DNA of 64,000 bases from Actinomycetota bacterium (GCA_039806025.1 JBDKLJ010000001.1:11378-75377), one strand, 5' to 3'; positions 18,505-29,865 are shown, numbered from the stretch's first letter. Made by a program: numbers and translations. Notes: generated by a model from the letters alone, not told the origin.

Positions 18505-20079
18505 GTGCTTAGAGACTTAGCGTCAAGAATCGTCACCGCTTTCGCGCGGTCGATTCAGCTTCGCTACGTGACTATAACTGTGTTACTTTCCAGTCTCGCT
18601 CTGGTAACCGTAGGTGGGTTTCTTTCTTACTCGATTGGTAGCGGTCTTTACGAAACTCGCGTTCAGCAGATTCTTCAGGAATCCAAACGTGCCGCCGCAG
18701 AGGTGCAAAATACTTTTAGCGGTGCTGGCAATACCGATACCGTGGCTCTGCAGGCCCTTGTAAACACCGTGGTGCCAAACCTGGAACAGTCGACAGCGGT
18801 TGGTTCACGTCAAGTGGCGCTGCTTAGAACTCCGGAGCAGTCGACCGAACAGTTCCTTCAGTCACCAATTTCGTCGGATCTGAATGTGAACGTAATTCCC
18901 GAGGCGCTGCGAGCAAAGGTTGCCACAACCGAGAATCGTCTGGTTTATCGCAGTATTCAGATTGAGCGAAACGGCGCCCTGCAGCCAACAGTCATCGTGG
19001 GCTCCAAGATTTCAATTCCGGTAGCCGGCGAGTACGAGCTCTATCTCGTTTACGATATCGCAGACACCCAGGCCACACTCGACTTCTTCCAGCGCACTTT
19101 GGCAATCGGTGGAATCATCATGATTTTGCTGCTCGGATTGGTCGCATATTTCGTCACCGGCCGAATTGTTGCGCCGGTGGCAAGGGCCGCCGATGTTGCC
19201 GAAGAACTCGCCTCTGGTTCGCTAGACAAACGACTACCGGAACGAGGCCAAGACGTTGTGGCCACTCTGGCAAGGTCGTTCAACAAGATGGCGCAGGGGT
19301 TGGAAACCCAGATTGGTGAGCTCAGCAAACTGAGCAAGATGCAACAGCGTTTCGTGGCCGATGTCTCACACGAACTTAGAACGCCGCTAACCACCATCAA
19401 GTTGGCCGCAGAAATGCTCGAGGCAAAATCAGGTGATTTAGATGCCAAAGCGAAACGTTCGCTCGATACCCTACTGTCTCAAATTGCAAGATTCGAAGCT
19501 CTGCTCGCGGATCTCCTAGAAATTTCTAGCTACGACGCGGGAGCGGTTAAGGCAAACCTGGTTCGCACCGACCTCAACGCGGTAGTTGGAGGAGCGGTTG
19601 CGGGCCTAGAGCCGCTGGCCGAAACTCTTGGGTGCGAACTTAAACTTCGGGTGCCGAGCGGTTTGGTTGAGGCGGATATCGACCCTAGACGTATTGAACG
19701 CGTGCTTCGCAACCTAATCTCTAACGCAATCGAACACGGTTCCGGAAAGCCGGTCGAGGTCGAGGTGGGCGCTTCAGCTACCGCCGTAGCCGTGACCATC
19801 CGAGACCATGGAGTTGGAATGAGCCGAAGCCAGATGGACCGAGTATTCGACCGTTTCTGGCGTGCCGACCCGGCACGAAAGCGCACCACCGGTGGAACCG
19901 GCCTTGGCTTGGCCATTTCGCTCGAAGACACCCACCTGCACAACGGGTGGCTGCAGGTTACCTCTAAGCCAAATCTTGGAACCACTTTCCGGGTCACTCT
20001 GCCACGAAAAGAAGGCGGAATATTCACCGAATCACCACTTCCGCTCGGTGAGACTTTGAGCAGCAGGAGTCGGATCTAA
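18505..20079 (+). CDS. mtrB: Sensor histidine kinase MtrB
   Basis: Two TM segments, HAMP, QQRFVADVSHELRTPLTT, FDRFWRADPAR, GGTGLGLAI. Confidence 0.93.
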   Translation: MLRDLASRIVTAFARSIQLRYVTITVLLSSLALVTVGGFLSYSIGSGLYETRVQQILQESKRAAAEVQNTFSGAGNTDTVALQALVNTVVPNLEQSTAVGSRQVALLRTPEQSTEQFLQSPISSDLNVNVIPEALRAKVATTENRLVYRSIQIERNGALQPTVIVGSKISIPVAGEYELYLVYDIADTQATLDFFQRTLAIGGIIMILLLGLVAYFVTGRIVAPVARAADVAEELASGSLDKRLPERGQDVVATLARSFNKMAQGLETQIGELSKLSKMQQRFVADVSHELRTPLTTIKLAAEMLEAKSGDLDAKAKRSLDTLLSQIARFEALLADLLEISSYDAGAVKANLVRTDLNAVVGGAVAGLEPLAETLGCELKLRVPSGLVEADIDPRRIERVLRNLISNAIEHGSGKPVEVEVGASATAVAVTIRDHGVGMSRSQMDRVFDRFWRADPARKRTTGGTGLGLAISLEDTHLHNGWLQVTSKPNLGTTFRVTLPRKEGGIFTESPLPLGETLSSRSRI

Positions 20080-21746
20080 TGCGCAAAATTTTTGCCCTGT
20101 TCGCGTCCTTGCTGGTTTCTCTGCTTCTTGCTGCTTGCGCCTCGTTACCTCTGGTGGGCAGCAACAAGCTTGGCCCAGAAGTGCTCACCAACGACCTCCA
20201 GGAATCGCTCTACTACTCACCGGCTGCGCCGTCGGCGGGAGACACCCAGGACGAAATCATCACCGGCTTCCTCTATGCAGGAAACGGCCCTCAGGATGAC
20301 TATGCGGTGGCTCGCCAGTTTCTTACCAGGGGATTTGCATCGGAATGGCAGCCAGGGAAAGAAACCCTCATTCAAAGCGGTGCAATCAAAGTCATCTCAG
20401 ACACCGGAACTAAAATCAGGGTGCAGATTTCTTACGACGCCAGAATTACCGAGGACGGCTCCTACGTTTCCGAACCAGGCTCGGTGCGTGAAATCGAGTT
20501 CAGGCTGCTCGAGGAGAACAACGAGTGGCGTATCGCATCCGCACCAAATCTGACCTCGCTGCTGAAGCCTAACTTCCTGGTACTTTTCAAATCGGTCTCG
20601 GTCTACTTTTGGGATAAGTCGCTCAGTTACCTAATCCCCGACGTCCGCTGGTTCCCGGTTAAGGCCTCCCTCGTGACGAAACTCACGAACACGATGCTGG
20701 CCGGACCAACCAATTGGCTGGCTCCTGCGTCACAAAACCTGGTTCCTAAGGGAACCAAGCTAAACATTAACTCGGTGACCGTAGCCGCTGGTGTGGCCTC
20801 GATCGACCTAAATGCGTCAGCACTAAAAATCCCAGCTTGGAAATTGCCTTACCTAAAGGCCCAACTTTTGGCAACTTTGAGCAATGTGTCGGGGGTCACG
20901 CAGGTCTCGGTCTCGATTCAGCGCACTGTTTTGAACATAAACTCCAGAGCGTCGGGGATGTCGGCAACCGGCTCAAACCTTCCGGTAATTCTTACCGACA
21001 AAACGCTGAGCCGTTTTGCAGGGACAGAACCGATGCCGCTCACTGCTGCCGCCAAATATGTTCAGAAACTGAACGCGACAGCCTTCTCGTTATCAAATGA
21101 CTCCAACTATCTAGCGCTGCGTGGCGAGGGTACGGTCTATGTCTACAACTTAGGAGTGCTCACGTCACAGGAGCGCCTTGTAGATTCTCGCTCCAACTTG
21201 CTTGCCCCGAGCATCGATGCATTCAATGCGGTTTGGAGTGCAACTAGTAACCCTGGCGACCCAATTCGGGTGTTTGACCAGGGTGGTACCAGTGTGATGC
21301 TGAAGAACCCTTACCCAGGTGCCATTCGCATTCGAGAACTGGTGCTAAGCCCAGAAGGTAGCCGACTCGCAATCGTCCATGACCGATATCGTGGCACCAC
21401 GGTCGACCTGTTCCCAGTGGTTCGCGATAAAAACCGAAATGTGATCGAGCTGGCTGAACCGCTGCCGTTGCCAGCACTTGGTAACGACATCAGCTCGCTT
21501 TCCTGGTCCGATCGCACCACCTTGACCGGCATCGCAGTGGTTAATAAACTGCAGCAGGTTCGCTCGTTGCAAGTCGGTGGTTCGGTAACCGATGGAAAAA
21601 TAATGGTTGACGCGGTCACTCTGGTCTCTTCAATCGGAGACAATCTTTATTTCCTAAATACAGCCGGAGAAGTTTTAGCTTCTAAGGGGGCGTCTTGGAA
21701 CGTCGTGCAGAGCAAGGTAATAGCGCTGCGCATGGCCGGTCAGTAG
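20079..21746 (+). CDS. lpqB: Lipoprotein LpqB (GerMN and beta-propeller)
   Basis: Lipobox LAAC, YLIPDVRWF, LAGP..WL, SPEGSRLA; third gene of the mtrAB operon. Confidence 0.88.
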   Translation: MRKIFALFASLLVSLLLAACASLPLVGSNKLGPEVLTNDLQESLYYSPAAPSAGDTQDEIITGFLYAGNGPQDDYAVARQFLTRGFASEWQPGKETLIQSGAIKVISDTGTKIRVQISYDARITEDGSYVSEPGSVREIEFRLLEENNEWRIASAPNLTSLLKPNFLVLFKSVSVYFWDKSLSYLIPDVRWFPVKASLVTKLTNTMLAGPTNWLAPASQNLVPKGTKLNINSVTVAAGVASIDLNASALKIPAWKLPYLKAQLLATLSNVSGVTQVSVSIQRTVLNINSRASGMSATGSNLPVILTDKTLSRFAGTEPMPLTAAAKYVQKLNATAFSLSNDSNYLALRGEGTVYVYNLGVLTSQERLVDSRSNLLAPSIDAFNAVWSATSNPGDPIRVFDQGGTSVMLKNPYPGAIRIRELVLSPEGSRLAIVHDRYRGTTVDLFPVVRDKNRNVIELAEPLPLPALGNDISSLSWSDRTTLTGIAVVNKLQQVRSLQVGGSVTDGKIMVDAVTLVSSIGDNLYFLNTAGEVLASKGASWNVVQSKVIALRMAGQ

Positions 21747-21805
21747 TTCTCCACATTCTTGTGCTGAGCTGAAAATACCGAAGCTCAAGACGGCATCCTT
21801 TTTTT

Positions 21806-22423
21806 ATGCCTTCGCTTTTAGATCTGGTCATACCCGCACAATGTTTGGGATGCGGCCGCATTGAGGCTCGCATCTGTCAGAAATGCAACGACGAGTTGGC
21901 TCAAAATCCCAGACTGGTTTCCAGACTCGGACTTCACGGATTTGCGGCTACAGACTATTCCGAAAATGTTCGCGGTGTCATTCGGTCTTTCAAAGAATTG
22001 GGGGAGAGCGCTCTGGCCAAGCCGTTAGCCAGTCGAATGGCCACGTTGGTGAGCTGTTTCCACGAATCACAAATCACGCTCACGGCGATTCCCAGTAACC
22101 GCCGCTCGAGCCTAGAGCGAGGATTCAATCCGGCTGAGCTGCTGGCGCGAGAAATCCAAGGCATCCACCCCGAATACGGGTTTCGAAGGCTACTCAGAAA
22201 AAGTCGCGACACTCGCGATCAGAGCCAGCTGCGGCCAGGTGAGCGCCTACTCAATTTGCAGGGATCGATGGTGGCAGAAGTTGGATATCTGAATGTTGTG
22301 GTCGTCGACGACATCATCACCACCGGATCCACCATGAAAGCAGCAGCTGAAGCCATTCAACACGCGGGGCACAGATTTGTCGGTTTTGTCGCTTTTGCTG
22401 AAACCGAATCTAAAAAGGTGTAA
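21806..22423 (+). CDS. ComF family phosphoribosyltransferase-like protein
   Basis: CxxC..CxxC, RGFN, VVDDIITTGST; upstream of hpf. Confidence 0.88.
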   Translation: MPSLLDLVIPAQCLGCGRIEARICQKCNDELAQNPRLVSRLGLHGFAATDYSENVRGVIRSFKELGESALAKPLASRMATLVSCFHESQITLTAIPSNRRSSLERGFNPAELLAREIQGIHPEYGFRRLLRKSRDTRDQSQLRPGERLLNLQGSMVAEVGYLNVVVVDDIITTGSTMKAAAEAIQHAGHRFVGFVAFAETESKKV

Positions 22424-22463
22424 CTTGACTACACGGGCCAATGCCTGAAGATGGGAGATCATC

Positions 22464-23078
22464 ATGGAACTAAATATTTCCGCTAGAAACCTAACCGTCT
22501 CAGATCGCTTCCGCGACTACGTTGCAGAGCGAGCCGAAAAAGTTGATCATCTCCTGCATAAAGTTCAAGAACTAGTGGTCAAGGTCACCCGCCACGACCA
22601 CTCGCGGAACACCGGTCAAGAGGATCAGGTCGAACTAACCGTTTTCGCTTCCGGTCAAATCATTCGAGCCGAAGCGCATGCACAAGACAAGTTCGCTGCC
22701 TTTGACGTTGCCTGGGGCAAACTTGCAGAGCGTCTTCGCCGCGCCAATGACCGCCGCAAGCCTCACCATGGTCGCCACAGTTCGCCAGGTGCATCGGAAC
22801 TCAGCGCCAGCGACTTCGCTGGTCTAGACGTGCAACCTGCAGACCTAAGCATCTTGCACCCAGAAGTCGCAGTTGAACCAGAAGCTGACCTTGGTCAGTC
22901 ACCGGTAGTGATTCGCCGTAAAGAATTTCACGCCGAAACCATGACTGCCGAAGAAGCCATCGGCAACATGGAGCTATTGGGCCATGACTTCTACTTGTTT
23001 ATTGATTCCGAAACCGGCAAACCAAGCGCCTGTTACAAGCGCAAGGGCTGGAACTACGGCGTAATCGCGCTGGTTTAG
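22464..23078 (+). CDS. hpf: Ribosome hibernation factor (long HPF/RaiA)
   Basis: S30AE N-domain and C-domain MELLGHDFYLF...YKRKGWNYGVI. Confidence 0.92.
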   Translation: MELNISARNLTVSDRFRDYVAERAEKVDHLLHKVQELVVKVTRHDHSRNTGQEDQVELTVFASGQIIRAEAHAQDKFAAFDVAWGKLAERLRRANDRRKPHHGRHSSPGASELSASDFAGLDVQPADLSILHPEVAVEPEADLGQSPVVIRRKEFHAETMTAEEAIGNMELLGHDFYLFIDSETGKPSACYKRKGWNYGVIALV

Positions 23079-23157
23079 AGGCTACCTCTCAGCCAACTCC
23101 TAGCCTCCCTGCGGGTAAGATTGAGTGAGATTATCCGCTTGAGGCTTGGAGTCGTAA

Positions 23158-25791
23158 TTGGCATCGATTATCACTAAATTGCTACGTGCTGGTGAAGGCC
23201 GTGTGCTCGCCAAACTACGCAATTACGTCACTCTCGTAAACGCTCTAGAAGACGACTTCAAGACACTAACCGACGAAGAACTACGTGGCGAAACCGCCGC
23301 CCTACGCGAGCGCTTCGCTGCGGGTGAGTCCCTCGAAGACCTACTTCCAGAAGCATTCGCTGCGGTTCGCGAAGCAGCAAGCCGAACCCTGGGTATGCGT
23401 CACTTCGACGTGCAGATCATGGGTGGTGCCGCTCTACACCTTGGCAACATCGCCGAAATGCGAACCGGTGAAGGTAAGACCCTGGTTGCCACGCTTCCTG
23501 CCTACCTAAACGCAATCGCCGGCCGTGGCGTCCACGTGGTCACAGTAAACGACTTCCTCGCCGGTTACCAAAGTGAACTTATGGGACGCGTCTTCCGCGC
23601 CCTAGGTATGACCACCGGCTGCATCCTGAGCAACCAGGATTCGGGCACCCGACGCGAGCAGTACCTTGCCGACATCACTTACGGAACCAACAACGAATTC
23701 GGTTTCGACTACCTTCGCGACAACATGGCGCACTCGAAGGGTGAGCTTTCACAGCGCGGCCACTACTACGCCATCATCGACGAGGTTGACTCGATTCTGA
23801 TCGACGAGGCTCGAACCCCGCTAATCATCTCTGGACCTGCGTCTGGCGATGCCAACCGCTGGTTCACGGAGTTCGCAAAAATCGTTGAAAAGCTCGAACC
23901 AATCATCGACTTCGAAGTAGACGAGAAGAAGCGAACCGTAGGAATCCTCGAGCCTGGAATTGAAAAGGTCGAAGACTACCTGGGTATCGACAACCTTTAC
24001 GAGTCCGCTAACACCCCGTTGATCTCGTTCCTAAACAACGCAATTCGCGCCAAGGCCCTGTTCCGTAAAGACAAGGACTATGTGGTCATGGGCGGTGAGG
24101 TGCTGATCGTCGACGAGCACACCGGCCGTATTCTGGCTGGTCGCCGCTATAACGAAGGTCTCCACCAGGCCATCGAAGCCAAGGAAGGCGTTGAGGTCAA
24201 GGCCGAGAACCAGACCCTAGCCACCATCACCCTGCAGAACTACTTCCGCAGCTACGAAAAACTTTCAGGTATGACCGGTACCGCCGAGACCGAGGCCGCT
24301 GAATTCCAGTCGACCTACAAGCTCGGTGTGATTCCTATCCCTACCAACCGCCCGATGATCCGCATCGACCAGCCTGACCTGATCTTCAAGAACGAAGAAA
24401 TCAAGTTCAACATGGTCGTCGAAGACATTGTTTCCCGTCACGCTACCGGCCAGCCCGTCCTAGTTGGAACCAACTCGGTTGAGAAGAGCGAATACCTTTC
24501 CAAGCTTCTAGCCAAGGCTGGTGTTCGCCACGAGGTTCTGAATGCCAAGAACCACGCTCGTGAAGCCCACATCGTGGCGCAGGCTGGTCGACTCGGTGCC
24601 GTAACCGTGGCAACCAACATGGCCGGTCGTGGAACCGACATCATGCTCGGTGGTAACTCTGAGTTCCTAACCGTTGAAGCTCTGGCTGCGAAGAACCTAG
24701 ACCCTGATCTTCACCCTGAGGAATACCAAAAAGCCTGGGACGTCACATTCGCCGAGATCAAGCAAACCGTTGCCAAGGAAGCCGAAAAGGTTCTTGAAGC
24801 AGGCGGTCTCTATGTTCTAGGCACCGAGCGTCACGAATCTCGACGCATCGACAACCAGCTACGTGGTCGTGCCGGTCGTCAAGGTGACCCTGGTGAGTCT
24901 CGCTTCTACCTATCGCTAACCGACGACCTCATGCGTGCGTTCAATTCTGGCGCAGCGCTGGCGATGATGAACCGCAGCGACGTTCCAGACGAAACCGCCA
25001 TCGAATCGAAGCTGGTTTCTCGCGCAATCGCTAGCGCACAGTCTCAGCTTGAGGCGCGAAATGCAGAAATCCGCAAGAACGTTCTCAAGTACGACGACGT
25101 TATGTCGCGTCAGCGCGAAGCTATCTACAGCGACCGCCGACACATCCTCGAGGGCGACTCGATTGACACTCGAGTCGACGAATTCCTCGTCGACGTTATC
25201 GAAACCGTTGTGAATCAGCACACCGGCGACACCTCTGCCGATTGGAACCTGGAAGACCTTTGGCGCGACCTCAAGGCGATTTACCCGGTCGGCCTTGAAA
25301 TCTCCGAGGTATTGGCCGAGGCCGGCACTCGTGCCCGACTTACCAAGAAATTCCTCACCACCGAGCTGATTAGCGACGCTCGCGTAGCCTATGCGAAGCG
25401 CACTCAGGTTATCGGCGAGGAAGCCATGCGTGAACTTGAGCGCCGCGTTGTTCTTTCGGTGATCGACCGCAAGTGGCGCGAACACCTTTATGAGATGGAC
25501 TACCTAAAGGAAGGCATCGGCCTGCGTGCCATGGCTCAGCGTGACCCTCTGGTCGAGTACCAGCGCGAGGGTTACAGCATGTTCCAGCAAATGACCGGTG
25601 CTATTCGTGAAGAAACCATCACCTACATGTTCAACCTAGAGGTTCAGGTTGCTTCAGCCGTGGCTCAGGAAGAACTCACCTATTCGGCTCCGAATGAGGA
25701 AGGCGACCAGGAAGTGGTTCACGAAGAGCGCGAGGTCAAGAAGCCTGACACCGACGGTCACGCACCTGGCAGTAGCTTCTTTAAGCGCTAA
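23158..25791 (+). CDS. secA: Preprotein translocase subunit SecA
   Basis: [51 protein letters not shown]; TTG start after GGAG. Confidence 0.97.
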   Translation: MASIITKLLRAGEGRVLAKLRNYVTLVNALEDDFKTLTDEELRGETAALRERFAAGESLEDLLPEAFAAVREAASRTLGMRHFDVQIMGGAALHLGNIAEMRTGEGKTLVATLPAYLNAIAGRGVHVVTVNDFLAGYQSELMGRVFRALGMTTGCILSNQDSGTRREQYLADITYGTNNEFGFDYLRDNMAHSKGELSQRGHYYAIIDEVDSILIDEARTPLIISGPASGDANRWFTEFAKIVEKLEPIIDFEVDEKKRTVGILEPGIEKVEDYLGIDNLYESANTPLISFLNNAIRAKALFRKDKDYVVMGGEVLIVDEHTGRILAGRRYNEGLHQAIEAKEGVEVKAENQTLATITLQNYFRSYEKLSGMTGTAETEAAEFQSTYKLGVIPIPTNRPMIRIDQPDLIFKNEEIKFNMVVEDIVSRHATGQPVLVGTNSVEKSEYLSKLLAKAGVRHEVLNAKNHAREAHIVAQAGRLGAVTVATNMAGRGTDIMLGGNSEFLTVEALAAKNLDPDLHPEEYQKAWDVTFAEIKQTVAKEAEKVLEAGGLYVLGTERHESRRIDNQLRGRAGRQGDPGESRFYLSLTDDLMRAFNSGAALAMMNRSDVPDETAIESKLVSRAIASAQSQLEARNAEIRKNVLKYDDVMSRQREAIYSDRRHILEGDSIDTRVDEFLVDVIETVVNQHTGDTSADWNLEDLWRDLKAIYPVGLEISEVLAEAGTRARLTKKFLTTELISDARVAYAKRTQVIGEEAMRELERRVVLSVIDRKWREHLYEMDYLKEGIGLRAMAQRDPLVEYQREGYSMFQQMTGAIREETITYMFNLEVQVASAVAQEELTYSAPNEEGDQEVVHEEREVKKPDTDGHAPGSSFFKR

Positions 25792-26156
25792 AGAATCGTA
25801 ATTGCGGTCGCCAGCCAGCGACCCACACGTTGTTCCAGACGCACCGTCATTGCCCGTGTCCGGTTCTTCACGCGAAGCAACACAATCGAGTCGATCAATC
25901 CCGGCCTGCAAGATTCCTGATGGATGTCGGTGACTTCGATTTTCGGAATTTCGCCACAGATCCCCAACTTGCGGCGCTTTATCGAAAGTTCGATCGCCGA
26001 CTGCCTTAGCACCTGGTAAACGTCCTCGTTGATTAGCCCGCCCAATTGGGTCACACTCCTGGCGCCCTCGATTACTTCAATCACAGCCGGTGCGATGAAC
26101 TCCAATTGCGCCGATGTCTGTACTCTCACCTGCTCTTCTACTTCTAAAACTTTCAT
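25788..26156 (-). CDS. Rv3235-family protein
   Basis: [22 protein letters not shown]...RWLAT; convergent on secA; ATG 26156 follows AAGGAAGG. Confidence 0.75.
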   Translation of the reverse strand: MKVLEVEEQVRVQTSAQLEFIAPAVIEVIEGARSVTQLGGLINEDVYQVLRQSAIELSIKRRKLGICGEIPKIEVTDIHQESCRPGLIDSIVLLRVKNRTRAMTVRLEQRVGRWLATAITIL

Positions 26157-26273
26157 GCCCAATTTCCTTCCTTTGGTCAAACGCTAAGTCCGAATCGGTG
26201 GAGCGTCTAGGAACGTGGCTTTTAACTGTGGATAACTTTTTTGTAAAAGTATTTATTGTTTCACAATCGTTCC

Positions 26274-26732
26274 ATGACTATTGAGAACGTTTTTGAAGAC
26301 CTTGAAACTCAGTTTGAGTCCGTCCTAGCTGCGAACACGGCGATACCGAGAGCGGCTGAAAAACTCGCAACCACGGTTGCTGGCGTGAGAATCACCATAG
26401 ATAACCCAACATTTGGTAGCTCCTTTGTGGCCGGGGTTCTAGGCGGTAAAGCGATCTGGCGCTTTCAACCCCACAAAACCATGGCCGTTTTTCGGGTCAT
26501 ACCTTCGGAGGAGGCTCTTGATTCGACTGCCAGAGATGCTGGCGAGCTCCTAGAGGAGTGCCTGCCCGGCAGATTCATCCGATTCAACCTCACCAGTGAC
26601 GGCAGTCAGATCCGAAAAGCCAGGGTGCTCGGGGTGCTAAACGGACTCATTCTCTTTGAACCTGCTTCAGCACCCACCGGTGTCGCGATTGAGCGTCTGT
26701 CGTGGTTAGAAGTTCACGCGAGTGACAACTAG
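26274..26732 (+). CDS. Hypothetical protein
   Basis: ORF with ENVFEDLETQF N-terminus; CACAAT-6nt-ATG suggests a leaderless start at 26274. Confidence 0.65.
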   Translation: MTIENVFEDLETQFESVLAANTAIPRAAEKLATTVAGVRITIDNPTFGSSFVAGVLGGKAIWRFQPHKTMAVFRVIPSEEALDSTARDAGELLEECLPGRFIRFNLTSDGSQIRKARVLGVLNGLILFEPASAPTGVAIERLSWLEVHASDN

Positions 26733-27328
26733 TGGATATCAAATTACAAAAACCAAGTAGGAAACTCATCCTGCCAGCGATTTCAGTTCTGGCAATCATC
26801 GTTTCCGCGCTCATCGTGGTTCTAGACCATCAGGGCGGCTCACAGCTTCATAAAGTCCTTGTCGCAAAAAGCGACATCGCCATCGGGCAAGCCCTTGACG
26901 ACTCAAACACATCCATCGAATCGAAAGCGTTTGACCCGAGCGGGTATCTGTCGAAACTCACAAATGGAATTACCGCTACCCAGACAATCTTGAAGGGGCA
27001 GCTAATCCCAAGCCAATCCGTAGCCAGGAGTGTCGACCCCAGAACGCCGATTCGTTTCAACGGGCTCCAAACAATCAGTGATCAACTGAGCGTCGGCGAT
27101 CACGTTGATGTTTGGGCAACCCCGAATGATCGGCAATCTGGTGGCGGGGCAGAGGTGGTCGCGTTCGATGCGATTGTCACCAAGGTGGTGAACACCAGCA
27201 ACATGGCACTAAACCAAACCAGCGTAGAGGTGAGAATCCCAACCGAGTACCTGGTCGGTGTGCTCGAAGCCAAGGCTAATTCTCTCGCCATTGAGCTGGT
27301 ACTTTCAGAGACACTTGACGACCAATGA
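26732..27328 (+). CDS. SAF-domain (CpaB/FlgA-like) protein
   Basis: TM, VLVAKSDIAIGQAL, ILKGQLIP, VGDHVDVWATP. Confidence 0.75.
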   Translation: MDIKLQKPSRKLILPAISVLAIIVSALIVVLDHQGGSQLHKVLVAKSDIAIGQALDDSNTSIESKAFDPSGYLSKLTNGITATQTILKGQLIPSQSVARSVDPRTPIRFNGLQTISDQLSVGDHVDVWATPNDRQSGGGAEVVAFDAIVTKVVNTSNMALNQTSVEVRIPTEYLVGVLEAKANSLAIELVLSETLDDQ

Positions 27329-28146
27329 CCACGATGACCTTGCAGCGGCGATCCAAACCTGCCACCAAAGCGCAGACCTTTGAACCTCAGATCTTTGCCG
27401 TCTGGGGGCCGCATGGTTCCCCGGGTAAGTCAACCGTGGCGATGAACCTCGCATTCGAACTTGCTCAAAGTAAAAGCACCCTTCTAGTGGATCTAGACGT
27501 GGTCGCTCCTGCACAAACGGTCTTGCTCGGTATTCACGAACCTACCCCCGGTATTACCGCAGTAGCGCGGCTGATTCGCCAGGGCAGACTCACCCCAGAC
27601 GAATTACAAAGACTCAGCCTTCAGGTGCGCCACAAACACACTCGGCTCAGGTTCCTTCCCGGCCTCTCCAGCCCAACTCGTTGGACAGAAATCACCGAGG
27701 ACACAGTCATCCAACTACTTCGAATAGCAAAAGTCGATTTCGAGTGCATTGTCATAGATCTCTCATCATCGCTAGAAGACAACCTCACCACAGCCATTAG
27801 CCCCACTTCACGAAACGGCGCCACCAGATCCGCCATTGCGCAAGCAACCCAAGTCGTCACTGTAATTAGAAACTCAAAAGTTTCACTCCAGAACTACGCG
27901 AACCAGTTTGTTGAATTGCAAAACCTGAACAAAAACCGCAAGCTAATAATCAACCTGGCCGAGAATGACAAACTTCCAACAGTAATCAAACAGCTGACCA
28001 AAGAGTCGGTAACCCAAAAAATCCCTCACGACGAATCGAGTCTCGCCCTTGCCGAATCCCAAGGATTACCGCTGGCTGTCACGAGGAGGAAATCACCTGC
28101 TCGAATCGCAATCATGAACCTCGCGCATAGACTTTTAGAGTGCTAA
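27325..28146 (+). CDS. ParA/MinD/CpaE-like P-loop ATPase
   Basis: AVWGPHGSPGKSTVAMNLA, LLVDLD, IVID. Confidence 0.8.
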   Translation: MTTMTLQRRSKPATKAQTFEPQIFAVWGPHGSPGKSTVAMNLAFELAQSKSTLLVDLDVVAPAQTVLLGIHEPTPGITAVARLIRQGRLTPDELQRLSLQVRHKHTRLRFLPGLSSPTRWTEITEDTVIQLLRIAKVDFECIVIDLSSSLEDNLTTAISPTSRNGATRSAIAQATQVVTVIRNSKVSLQNYANQFVELQNLNKNRKLIINLAENDKLPTVIKQLTKESVTQKIPHDESSLALAESQGLPLAVTRRKSPARIAIMNLAHRLLEC

Positions 28147-29618
28147 CTCTCACCAGCCTGATCTCTAAGCGTGGCAAACTGCCGAACGCATCGGTGGAAT
28201 GGCTGCAGTTGCTGGTTGGCGACTGGCAGATGGTTGCAGATCTGGTGAACTGTGACCTGATCCTCTGGGTTCCATCCAAAGACGAAACGGGCTTCATCGC
28301 CGTTGCCCACTCCAGGCCATCTTCGGCAGGTACCATCTTCTACCGCGACATCGTTGGCGAGAATCCAGCCAAGCCTTGGGCCAAGCACGTTGAAAAAGCA
28401 TTTCTAGAGGGCAAAAACCAAGAGCTTCCTAACCCAGATACCTACGATGGCATCCAGATGCGTGTTAAAGCAGTGCCGGTGCGCAGAAGGCTCAAACCCA
28501 ACCAAAACGAGTTCTCGACCCCGATTGCGGTTGTCACTGTTCACACCAACCTGAGCGAGGTGCGCGAGCCAACCAAGCAGCGTATTGCATTCCGTAAGGT
28601 TGGCAACGAGCTCCTCGAAATGATCGAGGACGGCACCTACCCCGACTTCGTAAATCCAACTGCATCTAAACGCGGAGCACCTCGTGCCGTAGACGGTCTA
28701 CTTATCATCAGTAACGACGCAACCATCGAATTCGCCAGCCCGAACGCACTGAGCGCCTTCAACCGCTTCGGCATCCAAGGCGAGTTGGTAGACAAGAATT
28801 TTCCGCAGGCAATCGAGAAGGTCACCAACCAAAAACTCCGAAGCGACGAAGACCTCGCTCTAGTTGTAGCTGGCAAGGCACCGTGGCGAGCCGACGTTGA
28901 ATCGCCAACAATGACCATCTCACTTCGTGCCGTTCCGCTCAAGCACAACAATGAACGAACCGGCGCGATCATCTTGGTTCGCGATATCTCTGAACTGAGA
29001 AGACAGGAACGCGAGCTGATCACCAAAGATGCGACTATCCGCGAGATCCACCACCGCGTTAAGAACAATCTCCAAACTGTAGCGTCATTGCTTCGAATTC
29101 AAGGCAGAAGAAGCAACTCCGAGGAAGCCAAGAACGCGCTAGACCAAGCGATGCGTCGCGTAGCTGCCATTGCCTTGGTTCACGACACCCTCTCGGCCGG
29201 GCTCACTCAGGAGGTCAACTTCGATGAGGTGTTCGACCGCGTTCTAAAACTTTCCAGCGAAGTGGCGGCCTCGGTGGGTACCACTGTGAAAACCATCATC
29301 GATGGAAAGTTCGGCCAGCTTCCCAGCGAAAAAGCCACCAGCCTTGCGGTTGCGCTTACCGAGATTGTCACCAACGCGGTAGAGCACGGTCTAGCCGACC
29401 GCAGCGGCGTCGTTCACATCAATGCCGAGCGTAAGGGTAAGAAACTGACCGTGACCATCTCGGATAACGGCAAAGGCCTCCCAGATCAAAAGCTCACGGA
29501 AGGCCTCGGCACAAGCATCGTTAAAACCCTCATCGAGGGTGAATTACGTGGAAACATCAAGTGGTTCTCGCCCAAAGAAGGCGGAACAAAAGTTGTGGTT
29601 GAATTACCGCTTAGCTAG
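28140..29618 (+). CDS. pdtaS: Soluble sensor histidine kinase PdtaS
   Basis: DWQMVADL, GAPRAVDG, ASPNALSAF, IREIHHRVKNNLQTV, NAVEHG. Confidence 0.88.
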   Translation: MLTLTSLISKRGKLPNASVEWLQLLVGDWQMVADLVNCDLILWVPSKDETGFIAVAHSRPSSAGTIFYRDIVGENPAKPWAKHVEKAFLEGKNQELPNPDTYDGIQMRVKAVPVRRRLKPNQNEFSTPIAVVTVHTNLSEVREPTKQRIAFRKVGNELLEMIEDGTYPDFVNPTASKRGAPRAVDGLLIISNDATIEFASPNALSAFNRFGIQGELVDKNFPQAIEKVTNQKLRSDEDLALVVAGKAPWRADVESPTMTISLRAVPLKHNNERTGAIILVRDISELRRQERELITKDATIREIHHRVKNNLQTVASLLRIQGRRSNSEEAKNALDQAMRRVAAIALVHDTLSAGLTQEVNFDEVFDRVLKLSSEVAASVGTTVKTIIDGKFGQLPSEKATSLAVALTEIVTNAVEHGLADRSGVVHINAERKGKKLTVTISDNGKGLPDQKLTEGLGTSIVKTLIEGELRGNIKWFSPKEGGTKVVVELPLS

Positions 29619-29865
29619 CGCGGCGAGCACGAGCATACTTGCGCTTTAGCGACTTACGCTCATCTTCAGAAAGCCCGCCCCAAACGCCAGTGTCCTGGTT
29701 CTCTTTGATTGCGTATTCAAGGCAGCTGGTTGAAACAGCGCACTCGCGGCAGATTGCCTTGGCTTGGTCGATTTGGTCTACCGCTGGACCGGTGTTACCA
29801 ACCGGGAAGAAAAGCTCTGGGTCTTCGGTTAGACATTTCGCTTCGTCTTGCCAGTGCATATCCAT
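29611..29865 (-). CDS. whiB1: WhiB family regulator, WhiB1 type
   Basis: CLTEDPELFFPVGNTGPA, four Cys, QDTGVWGGLSEDER; ATG 29865 follows AAGGAA. Confidence 0.92.
   Translation of the reverse strand: MDMHWQDEAKCLTEDPELFFPVGNTGPAVDQIDQAKAICRECAVSTSCLEYAIKENQDTGVWGGLSEDERKSLKRKYARARRAS

Noticed and set aside
22424-22463. raiA-motif RNA, often found between comF and raiA/hpf
   Set aside because: Only 40 bp separate the genes, far too short for that RNA.
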